A stretch of 64,000 bases of DNA, taken from positions 13,471 to 77,470 of the forward strand of contig JABGVU010000064.1 of NCBI GenBank assembly GCA_018645865.1, given 5' to 3'. The translations under genes and the position numbers were made by a program. Under the pieces are notes generated by a model. The model saw only the letters and a list, made by a program, of their open reading frames with translations. It did no database searches and had not been told where the DNA came from. Source of the stretch: Flavobacteriales bacterium. Its GTDB lineage: Bacteria; Bacteroidota; Bacteroidia; Flavobacteriales; BACL11. Shown here piece after piece: positions 38,009-46,491 of this stretch. The first letter of the stretch is position 1. Each line of letters opens with the position of its first letter.

Positions 38009-38914
38009 TTAAAACATCTTAAAATGCGTTTCTCGTTTCTCAAATACATAAATGATGCTTGAGTGTCCCCTTTTTGTAAAAATCCCAATAATATTTGACA
38101 TTAAACCAATTATAAAACCAGTAATAAAATTTTTCTTACCAGTTTTAAATTCTTCACTTAGTAGTGAAACATAAAAGGAATCAAATTGCATTGCCTTGTT
38201 CTCTATTAGCTTAAAATTATATTTAAGAAATAATTTTTCAATACTTATTTTTGAAAAATGCCATAAATGAATTGGCACATCCCATCCCGCCCAGAACTCT
38301 TTATAGTATTTGGCATCCCAACTCTTGTGATTAGGAACGGCAATAATGACTTTACCGTTCTCACTTAGTATTCTGTTAAACTCTTCTATTGTTTTGTTTA
38401 GTGCCGGAACATGTTCAAGAACATGCCACATACTTATAGAATCAAATTGATCGTTTTTAAATTGATCTAAATTGGTGTTTTCACTAACCGAAAGATTGAA
38501 TTTTTTGATTGCTTGTTCTCTTGCCAGCTCAGAAGGCTCTATTCCCTTTGTATTATAACCTGCATTTTTACAAGCGCTTAAAAATTCTCCTGTCCCACAT
38601 CCAATATCAAGATGATTTTTGTTTTTTGATATTCTTTTAAGAAGATTCAATTTTGTCCCAATTGCATATTTTCTAACAGTATGATACATCCAATTAAACA
38701 ATCCTTTGGTGTTGTTTGTATGAGAGATGTACATGTCTGATTTGTAATACTCTCCTAACGAGTTCTCTTTTGGTCTTGGATTGGTAAAGGAGAAGTCACA
38801 TGTTTCACATGAAACAATTGTAAACTTTTCTTTAGATGTCGAGTGATCTATGCAGTCTAATTTCTTTAACAAATTACCACCCGAGCAGATAGGGCATTTA
38901 TCTAGTAATATCAT
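38009..38914 (-). CDS. class I SAM-dependent methyltransferase with N-terminal Zn-ribbon
   Basis: 301 aa. CPICSGG...CETCDF Cys pairs and SAM motif I HLDIGCGTGEF. ATGA overlap with the mnmG stop. Confidence 0.85.
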   Translation of the reverse strand: MILLDKCPICSGGNLLKKLDCIDHSTSKEKFTIVSCETCDFSFTNPRPKENSLGEYYKSDMYISHTNNTKGLFNWMYHTVRKYAIGTKLNLLKRISKNKNHLDIGCGTGEFLSACKNAGYNTKGIEPSELAREQAIKKFNLSVSENTNLDQFKNDQFDSISMWHVLEHVPALNKTIEEFNRILSENGKVIIAVPNHKSWDAKYYKEFWAGWDVPIHLWHFSKISIEKLFLKYNFKLIENKAMQFDSFYVSLLSEEFKTGKKNFITGFIIGLMSNIIGIFTKRGHSSIIYVFEKRETHFKMF

Positions 38915-40782
38915 CTTCCTAAGTATATTAAAAGTACATTAATATCAGAAGGTGAAACTCCACTTATTCTTGATGCTTGCCCTATTGTTTTAGGTTGTAT
39001 TGCATTTAATTTTTCTCTACCTTCAGTAGATATAGAATGGAGTTTGTGAAATTCAAAATCTTTAGCAATTTTAATATTTTCAAGTCTTGATAGCTTCTCG
39101 GCTGATTCCTTTTCTTTGTTTAAATAACCTGCATATTTTATTTCAATTTCAGCCTGTTCAATAGCTTCTGTTGTGCACTTTTTTTCTTTTAAGTATAAAT
39201 CTAATTCCTTGCAAACTAATAGATCCTTTAAAATAATGTGCGGCCTTGATAGGACTGCTTTAATTTTAACTTTTTGCTTTAAAAATGCACTTCCTAGTTT
39301 TTCTAACACAGGATTTATATCCTTTGGGTCTATACTCTGTATCGTTAAGAATTTAATAAGTCCTGCTGTTTCAATTTCTTTCTTTTCAAGCTGTTCTAGT
39401 CTGTCAATTTTAGCAAGCCCTAATTTGTACCCTTTTCTAGTAAGTCTGATGTCTGCATTGTCCTGTCTTAAAAGTAAGCGGTATTCAGCTCGAGAGGTAA
39501 ACATTCTATATGGCTCTTCAGTCCCTTTTGTTATTAGATCATCTATTAGAACACCAATATAAGCGTCAGACCTACTTAGTATAAATTCTTCTTTTTCATG
39601 AGTATTTTGATGAGCATTTATACCTGCCATTAGCCCCTGAGCTGCAGCTTCTTCATAGCCTGTAGTGCCGTTTATCTGACCGCAAAAGAATAGGTTATTT
39701 ACGAGCTTGGTCTCTAGTGTATGTTTAAGTTGTGTTGGTGGAAAATAATCATATTCAATAGCATATCCAGCTCTAAACATTTTTACTTTTTCGAGGCCTT
39801 TAATTTTTCTCAATGCTTTAAGTTGTACAGATTCAGGAAGTGAAGTTGAGAATCCATTTAAATAGATTTCAACAGTATCCCGTCCTTCTGGTTCGATAAA
39901 TAACTGATGTCTATCTTTGCTTGCAAAGCGGTCTATTTTATGTTCAATTGAAGGACAGTATCTTGCTCCTACTCCTTGTATCCTTCCTGAAAACATTGGA
40001 GAATCTTCAAATCCTTGTAGCAATATTGCATGAACTTCTGGTGAAGTGTATGTGATAAAACAAGAGTGTTGATCTTTTATTTTCTCTTTATTCATGTATG
40101 AAAAATTAACAGTATTCTCGTCTCCTGCTTGTTCTTCAATTACTGAATAGTCAATTGTTCTACCGTCTAATCGTGGTGGCGTACCTGTTTTCATTCTTCC
40201 ACTTGTGAATCCTAAATCAATTAATTGCTTTGTAATTCCTTCAGCTGATGGCTCACCTGATCGGCCTCCTTTGTAATTTCTTTTACCTAGATGAATGAGT
40301 CCGTTTAAGAAAGTTCCGTTACATAGCACGACACTTTTAGCAGATATTTCTACTCCCATTTTAGTAATTAATCCAGTAACCTCCCCTTTTTTGGTAGTGA
40401 TATTATCTACAGTATCTTGCCAGAAATCAATATTTTTATTTCCTTCAAGTCTTTTACGCCATTCTTTCTCAAATACTTTTCTATCGCATTGCGCCCTAGG
40501 ACTCCACATGGCAGGCCCCTTACTTTTATTAAGCATTCTAAACTGAATAGTTGAAGCGTCAGTAATTATACCTGACATTCCTCCTAAAGCATCAATTTCT
40601 CGTATTATTTGACCTTTTGCCACACCACCCATAGCAGGGTTGCAAGACATGCGTGCAAGAGTTTCTAAATTTTGTGTTACCAATAGTACTTTCGAGCCAA
40701 GAGTTGCAGCAGCATGTGCAGCTTCACAACCAGCATGCCCTCCTCCCACTATTATTACATCATATGCTTCTTCTAATTTCAT
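38911..40782 (-). CDS. mnmG: tRNA uridine-5-carboxymethylaminomethyl(34) synthesis enzyme MnmG (GidA)
   Basis: 623 aa. FAD motif VIIVGGGHAGCEAA and highly conserved GidA sequence throughout. Confidence 0.97.
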   Translation of the reverse strand: MKLEEAYDVIIVGGGHAGCEAAHAAATLGSKVLLVTQNLETLARMSCNPAMGGVAKGQIIREIDALGGMSGIITDASTIQFRMLNKSKGPAMWSPRAQCDRKVFEKEWRKRLEGNKNIDFWQDTVDNITTKKGEVTGLITKMGVEISAKSVVLCNGTFLNGLIHLGKRNYKGGRSGEPSAEGITKQLIDLGFTSGRMKTGTPPRLDGRTIDYSVIEEQAGDENTVNFSYMNKEKIKDQHSCFITYTSPEVHAILLQGFEDSPMFSGRIQGVGARYCPSIEHKIDRFASKDRHQLFIEPEGRDTVEIYLNGFSTSLPESVQLKALRKIKGLEKVKMFRAGYAIEYDYFPPTQLKHTLETKLVNNLFFCGQINGTTGYEEAAAQGLMAGINAHQNTHEKEEFILSRSDAYIGVLIDDLITKGTEEPYRMFTSRAEYRLLLRQDNADIRLTRKGYKLGLAKIDRLEQLEKKEIETAGLIKFLTIQSIDPKDINPVLEKLGSAFLKQKVKIKAVLSRPHIILKDLLVCKELDLYLKEKKCTTEAIEQAEIEIKYAGYLNKEKESAEKLSRLENIKIAKDFEFHKLHSISTEGREKLNAIQPKTIGQASRISGVSPSDINVLLIYLGR

Positions 40783-40803
40783 ATTGTTTTACTATAATAA
40801 TAT

Positions 40804-40811
40804 CAAAAATA
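40804..40811 (-). promoter_or_regulatory. -7 box TATTTTTG on the minus strand in the ybeY-mnmG gap
   Basis: Plus-strand caaaaata, 21 nt upstream of the mnmG start at 40782. Possible internal promoter. Confidence 0.35.
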
Positions 40812-40818
40812 TTGATAA

Positions 40819-41235
40819 TCAGTTATTTGCAAACTTATTTAAATAATAGTTTTCTTTTTCACGCATTGTATTTGCGTCTTGTTCATTCTTGTCTTTATAG
40901 CCGAGCAAATGTAGTAAACCGTGCACCATCACCCTATTTAATTCAGTTAAATAATTAACATTGAATATTTTAGAGTTTTCAACTACTCTTTCAGTGCTGA
41001 TAAGTATATCTCCACTTATTATTTTATCTCCAGAATAATCAAAAGTAATTACATCAGTAAGATTGTTATGGTTTAGAAATTGGATATTTTTTTTAAGTAA
41101 GTACTCATCATTACAGAGCACATAGACAAGTTCGCCTATCACCATGTTCTCCTCTGTAATAACACTGTTGAGCCATAAATTTAAATCTTCAGTATTGCTC
41201 AGTTTATCATTCTCTATGTACTGAAAATCTATCAT
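40819..41235 (-). CDS. ybeY: rRNA maturation RNase YbeY
   Basis: 138 aa. Metal-binding motif HGLLHLLGYKD, i.e. H-x3-H-x5-D, where the E. coli third ligand is His as I recall it. Confidence 0.92.
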   Translation of the reverse strand: MIDFQYIENDKLSNTEDLNLWLNSVITEENMVIGELVYVLCNDEYLLKKNIQFLNHNNLTDVITFDYSGDKIISGDILISTERVVENSKIFNVNYLTELNRVMVHGLLHLLGYKDKNEQDANTMREKENYYLNKFANN

Positions 41236-44200
41236 TTTTCTTCTTTCATTAAGGTGTTGAAATAAGTATTAACCTTCTTTTTATAATAGGGTTTTAACTG
41301 TACAGGTGTTGTTTTCAAAAGCTCTTCTTGCTGTTGTTTTTTCTTTTTATATTCCAAGTATTGTTCAGTTGTATTATTAGGATTATATTTCCATTCAGTT
41401 GATTTTCGTTGATCATCTTCTCCTTGCTCTCTCTCGGATTTTTCGGCTTCAAGTAATCGAGTAAGAATTTCTTCTTGCCGTGCAATTGTTTCTTGCGTAA
41501 TTCTATTGTTGATAATATCTATTTCATTCTCTTCCATATCCTCCAGGATCTTATCAAGCTTTCCTTTTTCGCCATTTTTTCCTTGTTCATCTCTCAATTC
41601 CATCAACTGTTTTCTTATAGTTTCCTGTTGTTTTGCAAGCTGCATCAATTTTTTCGAATTCTCCTCCTCTTTCTTCCCTTTTTCTCCATTTTTCCCTTCT
41701 TTCATTTTTTTGTTTAGTTTTTTTTGTGCATCTTTTAACTGAGACATAGATGGTTTTTTGCAATTAGGATTTGGCTTGTTGCAATTTTTTGGCTTGTTGC
41801 AATTTGAAGGTGGCATCTCTAAGTCTTTTTGCATTTGCTCCAATATTTCTGATAAAAGTAAAGCCAAGTTGTTAGTAGAAGTCATTACAAATTGCTGGTG
41901 TTCGGCTGCTTTATTCACCTGTCTTTGCTCTAATTTATTTGTTGACTTTATCATATTATTATTGATAGCGGCAATCTCTTTATTGATAGTTGCTTGTATT
42001 TGAACAACTCTCTTGCTTAGTGCTAATAATGAATCTTCAATAATTTTGCTATCATCAACTAGTTTGTTTTGTTGCTTCACAACCTGAATAAATTCAGCAC
42101 TATTTTTAGGGGTATTATTAGCACGTAGCATTAATTCTTCCTGATTAAAAGAGAGAGTTACCAAATTTTCAAGTATTTTTCTCAAAGTCTCCATATCTTC
42201 TTGAGGTTTCTGTTCGGAGCTACTTTGCTGCATGCTTTGTAGTTGCTGTTCTAATTCTTCTATTTCCTTAATTGCTTCTTCTTGTGCTTTTTTAGCTTTC
42301 TTTTTCTTTCCTTTTTCTAGAGCGTCCTCACTCTCTTGCATTTTTTGTTTTATAGTTTCTTCTTGATTTTTTGTGTCAGGAATTTTGTTTTTATCCTCTA
42401 GTTCCATATTTTTATTCCTGATATCTTGCAGGTCTTTCTTCACCTCCTCCATTTCTTTTTTCAGCTCTTCTTGTTTTTTAGCAAGTTCTTCTTTTTCTAA
42501 TTTCCCTCCTTTAGTTTCTTTTTTTAAGGCTTCCTGTTCTTTTTTAAGTTTTTCTATCTTTTCAAGTATTTCTTCTACTTTCTGCTCAAATTCTAATTGT
42601 TTAAATAGCTCTAGCTCTCTATCTAATTCTTTTTCTAAATCGGTATTTTCGTCATCTAATTTATCTAGTAACTCCTTTAATTTTTCTTTATCAGCCTTTT
42701 CCATCATTTCCTCCATTTCCTTTAAGAGTTTTTTGGTTTCTTCATCAAGGACTTTATTCATTAATTCCTGTAGTTGTTTTTGCTTTTCCAGTATTGAAGA
42801 GTTTAATTTTTCTTTATTCTTAAGGTTATCGTTATTTTTTTGTTGGGTATCTTTAATCTGTTTTTCTAATTGGTTTTGTTTTTTAAGGATTTCTTTAGCT
42901 TTTTGCTTCTCTTCCCAAGTAATTTTTTTCTTTTCTAAAATAGATTTATTCAGTTCTGCAATATCCTTTTTAATTTCATTTGCAAGTGATATTGATTTGT
43001 TAAGTCCGCTTTTTGTTTTTTCGTTTTCAGCATCCGTTTTTAAGATTAACTCTTCTTTTGTTACTTCTTTGTATGAAAAACGCGTGCTTTTTGTGCTTTT
43101 TGATCCATTTATACCATCATTATCCCAGACTTCAAAATAGTATGTTATCTTGTCCCCTGATGCTAATTTTAAATTATTAAAATTGAAAGTAAAAAAGAAA
43201 AGTTCTTTTGAGAGTTGATTAATTGTTAATTCTTGACTGACTAAAGGATTAGTGTCATTACTCGTAATTTGATAATTAAAAATCAATTTTTTCAATTGAT
43301 AATCATCCTCAATTTCTCCGCTAAACAAAAACTGAGCATTTGTACTATCAAAACTTTGACTTACATTAATTATTGGGTAAGCATCAGGAATAACTTTTAT
43401 ATAATAGGATAAGGTATCACTTAGCTTATGTTTGTTTTGGGCGATAATTTGATACGCAGTACTAATAAAAAATGATTTTTTATAAGTAAATATATTTGTT
43501 GTGCTTTGATCGTGTTTGCTTTCAGAAAAAATAAGATAGACAGTTTCTGTATTTTGTAACTTCACTTGCCATTGTACGCTAGTACCTTCAGGAATAATGA
43601 TATCGCCATTATTTTTTATCGTTTCATTTTTTGTTTTGATGTAGTTTGGATAGTTTAATTGCAGAATAAAATCTACTACTTTAGGCTGTGGGAGTGCTTT
43701 TAAAGTATAGTTTTTACTTTTATATCCCCCTGCTAAAAATTGAAATTGAATGTCATTATTTACACCTTTAAAAATGTATTCAAAAGTTGTATTACTATTT
43801 TTTTTAAAATGAAATGAATTACCATTTGATTGGATGAATACTTCGCTAGGAATTTCATTTCCTGTTATCTCTATCGCTAGCTTATAATCTTCAAATTGAA
43901 TTACTTCTAATTTAGGGTTTAAAATAAGGTATTGGAATGGTGCTTTAGGTTCAAAAAAAGTATTGTGCTTCAGTATTCTGGCTGAACTTTCGGTAAGTAT
44001 GTATTGTTTCCCAGAAATGATGAAAAATAAGATTATTGAAAGAGGAATAAGTATCCATTTTGTATATTTCTTATTATCAGAATAATTAATTGCACTCCCA
44101 AATGAAATGGGTTTTATATCGTTTATTTTTTGCTGAATACTCGCATTTATTAATGCATTTTCAGTCGCACTCATATCGTGTAATTCCAGAATATTTAGCA

Positions 44201-44531
44201 GCTTATCTCCAATTTCAGTAAAATGAGTTCCGATAATTTTTGCTGCTTGTTTATGGCTTAATATTTTTCCGAAACTTAACAAATGAAGTAAAGGAATAAG
44301 AATATATATTATAGCAATTAGTGCATTAACAGTAAGATAAGTCCAGAATAAAAAGGTCCGACTTCCTACTCCAAATTGCGTGAAATACTCAATAGTGGAA
44401 AAAAGAATAAAGAAGATAATCAGTACCGCTAAAGAATAAATTCCCCCTTTAATTAGCTGATTGATATAAAATCGTTTAACGAATTTATTCAGTTTTTCAA
44501 ACAGTTCTATTTTAGGTTCAATATTCATCAT
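41232..44531 (-). CDS. large membrane-anchored coiled-coil protein, DUF4175-like
   Basis: 1099 aa. Three N-terminal TM helices, about 300-aa beta-rich region, about 270-aa K/E/Q/L coiled-coil segment, Cys-motif array NC(N/K)KP x3. ATGA overlap with the ybeY start. Confidence 0.7.
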   Translation of the reverse strand: MMNIEPKIELFEKLNKFVKRFYINQLIKGGIYSLAVLIIFFILFSTIEYFTQFGVGSRTFLFWTYLTVNALIAIIYILIPLLHLLSFGKILSHKQAAKIIGTHFTEIGDKLLNILELHDMSATENALINASIQQKINDIKPISFGSAINYSDNKKYTKWILIPLSIILFFIISGKQYILTESSARILKHNTFFEPKAPFQYLILNPKLEVIQFEDYKLAIEITGNEIPSEVFIQSNGNSFHFKKNSNTTFEYIFKGVNNDIQFQFLAGGYKSKNYTLKALPQPKVVDFILQLNYPNYIKTKNETIKNNGDIIIPEGTSVQWQVKLQNTETVYLIFSESKHDQSTTNIFTYKKSFFISTAYQIIAQNKHKLSDTLSYYIKVIPDAYPIINVSQSFDSTNAQFLFSGEIEDDYQLKKLIFNYQITSNDTNPLVSQELTINQLSKELFFFTFNFNNLKLASGDKITYYFEVWDNDGINGSKSTKSTRFSYKEVTKEELILKTDAENEKTKSGLNKSISLANEIKKDIAELNKSILEKKKITWEEKQKAKEILKKQNQLEKQIKDTQQKNNDNLKNKEKLNSSILEKQKQLQELMNKVLDEETKKLLKEMEEMMEKADKEKLKELLDKLDDENTDLEKELDRELELFKQLEFEQKVEEILEKIEKLKKEQEALKKETKGGKLEKEELAKKQEELKKEMEEVKKDLQDIRNKNMELEDKNKIPDTKNQEETIKQKMQESEDALEKGKKKKAKKAQEEAIKEIEELEQQLQSMQQSSSEQKPQEDMETLRKILENLVTLSFNQEELMLRANNTPKNSAEFIQVVKQQNKLVDDSKIIEDSLLALSKRVVQIQATINKEIAAINNNMIKSTNKLEQRQVNKAAEHQQFVMTSTNNLALLLSEILEQMQKDLEMPPSNCNKPKNCNKPNPNCKKPSMSQLKDAQKKLNKKMKEGKNGEKGKKEEENSKKLMQLAKQQETIRKQLMELRDEQGKNGEKGKLDKILEDMEENEIDIINNRITQETIARQEEILTRLLEAEKSEREQGEDDQRKSTEWKYNPNNTTEQYLEYKKKKQQQEELLKTTPVQLKPYYKKKVNTYFNTLMKEEK
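41771..41806 (-). repeat. 2 x 18-nt in-frame tandem duplication (17/18 identical)
   Basis: ttggcttgttgcaatttt / ttggcttgttgcaatttg, encoding NCNKPK/NCNKPN on the minus strand. Confidence 0.9.
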
Positions 44532-44533
44532 TG

Positions 44534-44541
44534 CAAAAGTA
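44534..44541 (-). promoter_or_regulatory. -7 box TACTTTTG(C) on the minus strand abutting the DUF4175-like start
   Basis: Plus-strand caaaagta. 2 nt from the first ATG (44531) and 5 nt from the second Met codon. Confidence 0.35.
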
Positions 44542-44586
44542 CAATTTTTAACGGCTTTTCATAAAACTATATTACTTGATAAATCT

Positions 44587-44594
44587 TATCTTTG
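44587..44594 (+). promoter_or_regulatory. -7 box TATCTTTG(C) with a TTG at 44566-44568 (18-nt spacer) upstream of gltX
   Basis: Both promoter elements present. The box ends 20 nt before the ATG at 44615. Confidence 0.6.
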
Positions 44595-44614
44595 CAACCG
44601 AAAAATAAAATACA

Positions 44615-46138
44615 ATGTCAGAAGTAAGAGTTCGATTTGCACCAAGTCCGACAGGACCATTACATATTGGAGGGGTAAGAACAGCTCTTTATAATTACCT
44701 TTTTGCCAAAAATAAAGGTGGGAAGATGATTTTGCGCATTGAAGATACCGATCAAGCAAGATTTGTAGAAGGAGCCGAACAATATATTATTGAATCTTTA
44801 AAATGGTGTGGCATTGAATTTGATGAATCAGTTGTTGCTGGGGGAGATTTTGGACCTTATAAGCAATCGGAAAGAAAGGAGTTATATTTGCCTTATGCTG
44901 AACAATTGGTAAATGATGGTTTTGCTTATTATGCTTTTGATACTACAGAAGAGTTAATTGCAATGCGAGAGAGAATGAAAGCGGAAGGCGTTCCTTCACC
45001 ACAATACAATGCAGTAACGCGTACTACAATGCAAAATTCTTTAGCCCTATCAGAAGATGAGGTGAAAAAAAGAATGTACGCAGGAGAGGCATATGTTATT
45101 CGTATAAAAATGCCTAGAAATGAAGAGGTAAAACTAAATGATATTATAAGAGGTTGGGTTGTAGTAAATACCAATAATATGGATGATAAAGTTATCTTTA
45201 AATCGGATGGTATGCCAACTTATCATTTGGCAAATGTGGTTGATGATTATATGATGAAAATTTCCCATGTAATAAGAGGGGAGGAGTGGTTGCCATCAGC
45301 CCCTTTACATGTTTTATTATACCGATATTTAGGGTGGGAAAATGCAATGCCACAATTTGCACATTTACCTTTGATACTAAAGCCAGATGGAAACGGAAAA
45401 TTAAGTAAGCGTGATGGGGATAGATTAGGATTCCCAGTTTTTCCAATTCAGTGGATGAACCCTGAAACAAAAGAAATTAGTTCAGGATACAGAGAGAGTG
45501 GTTACATATCTGAAGCTTTTATAAATATGCTTGCCTTTTTAGGATGGAACCCAGGGAATACACAAGAGATTTTCCCTATGGAAGGGTTAATTGAAGCTTT
45601 CAGTTTAGAGAGAGTGGGAAAAGCAGGAGCAAAGTTTGATTTTGATAAAACAAGATGGTTCAATCAACAATATTTAAGGTCAAAATCGAAAGAAGAATTA
45701 GCGCAAGATTTACAAATAATATTAAAAGAAAATGGGATAGAGGCTGAAGATAATTTTGTGAAAACTGTTTGTGTGCAGTTGAAAGAAAGAGCCACTTTTG
45801 TAAAAGACATGTGGAAAGAAGGAAAATATTATTTTTCTGCACCTGCTAATTATGATGAGAAAACAATACGTAGAAAATGGAAGAAGGATACTCCAAAATT
45901 TGTGTCAGAATTAAAAGATAAATTATCAGTATTATCTGATTTTTCATCTGAAAATATTGAAGTAGAATTTAAAAAATACTTGAAGGAAAATGAGTTAGGA
46001 ATGGGAAGATTATTGCCTGCTTTTAGAGTTTGTTTAACAGGAATTGGGATGGGGCCTTCTCTTTTTGACATTGCTTCTCTTTTAGGTAAAGAAGAAACTA
46101 TTAAAAGAATGGAAACAGCTTTAGAAAAAATTAACTAA
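44615..46138 (+). CDS. gltX: glutamate--tRNA ligase
   Basis: 507 aa. HIGH motif (PLHIGGVRTA) and KMSKS variant (KLSKRDG). Confidence 0.97.
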   Translation: MSEVRVRFAPSPTGPLHIGGVRTALYNYLFAKNKGGKMILRIEDTDQARFVEGAEQYIIESLKWCGIEFDESVVAGGDFGPYKQSERKELYLPYAEQLVNDGFAYYAFDTTEELIAMRERMKAEGVPSPQYNAVTRTTMQNSLALSEDEVKKRMYAGEAYVIRIKMPRNEEVKLNDIIRGWVVVNTNNMDDKVIFKSDGMPTYHLANVVDDYMMKISHVIRGEEWLPSAPLHVLLYRYLGWENAMPQFAHLPLILKPDGNGKLSKRDGDRLGFPVFPIQWMNPETKEISSGYRESGYISEAFINMLAFLGWNPGNTQEIFPMEGLIEAFSLERVGKAGAKFDFDKTRWFNQQYLRSKSKEELAQDLQIILKENGIEAEDNFVKTVCVQLKERATFVKDMWKEGKYYFSAPANYDEKTIRRKWKKDTPKFVSELKDKLSVLSDFSSENIEVEFKKYLKENELGMGRLLPAFRVCLTGIGMGPSLFDIASLLGKEETIKRMETALEKIN

Positions 46139-46491
46139 TGGGATTAATTAAAGTAGAAGGGATTAGAGTTTTTGCTTATCATGGTCATCTACCAGAAGAA
46201 GCTATTTTAGGCGGACATTTTATAGTGAATGTTTGGGTGGAAGCAGATACAGTTGAAGTTGAAAAAACAGATGATTTGAAGCATACAGTGGATTATGTGA
46301 ACATCATAGCAATTGTAAAGGAGCAAATGGCAATCCGATCGAATATGATAGAGCATCCTGCAAAAAGAATTGTTGACGCAATACTCCCTTTAAATAAAGT
46401 TAAAAAAGTAACGGTAGAGCTAGAAAAAGTATTACCTCCAATCGATGCTACTTTTGATAAAATATCAGTTACGTCTGAAGGAGAAAATTAA
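46138..46491 (+). CDS. folB: dihydroneopterin aldolase
   Basis: 117 aa. IKVEGIRVFAYHGHLPEEAILGGHFIVNV...VDYV is typical FolB. Start overlaps the gltX stop by 1 nt. Confidence 0.88.
   Translation: MGLIKVEGIRVFAYHGHLPEEAILGGHFIVNVWVEADTVEVEKTDDLKHTVDYVNIIAIVKEQMAIRSNMIEHPAKRIVDAILPLNKVKKVTVELEKVLPPIDATFDKISVTSEGEN

Noticed and set aside
42250-43070. Highly repetitive-looking DNA, considered as a possible CRISPR or tandem-repeat array.
   Set aside because: There is no fixed-length direct repeat/spacer periodicity. The repetitiveness is codon-level (GAA/AAA/AAG) within an open reading frame encoding a coiled coil. No cas genes are present in the window.
42373-43140. 255-aa plus-strand ORF rich in S/F/L, antisense to the large coiled-coil gene.
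   Set aside because: It mirrors the K/E-rich (AAG/GAA) coding strand exactly. Antisense of such low-complexity sequence is automatically stop-free and reads as Phe/Ser/Leu. It has no start context or promoter box.
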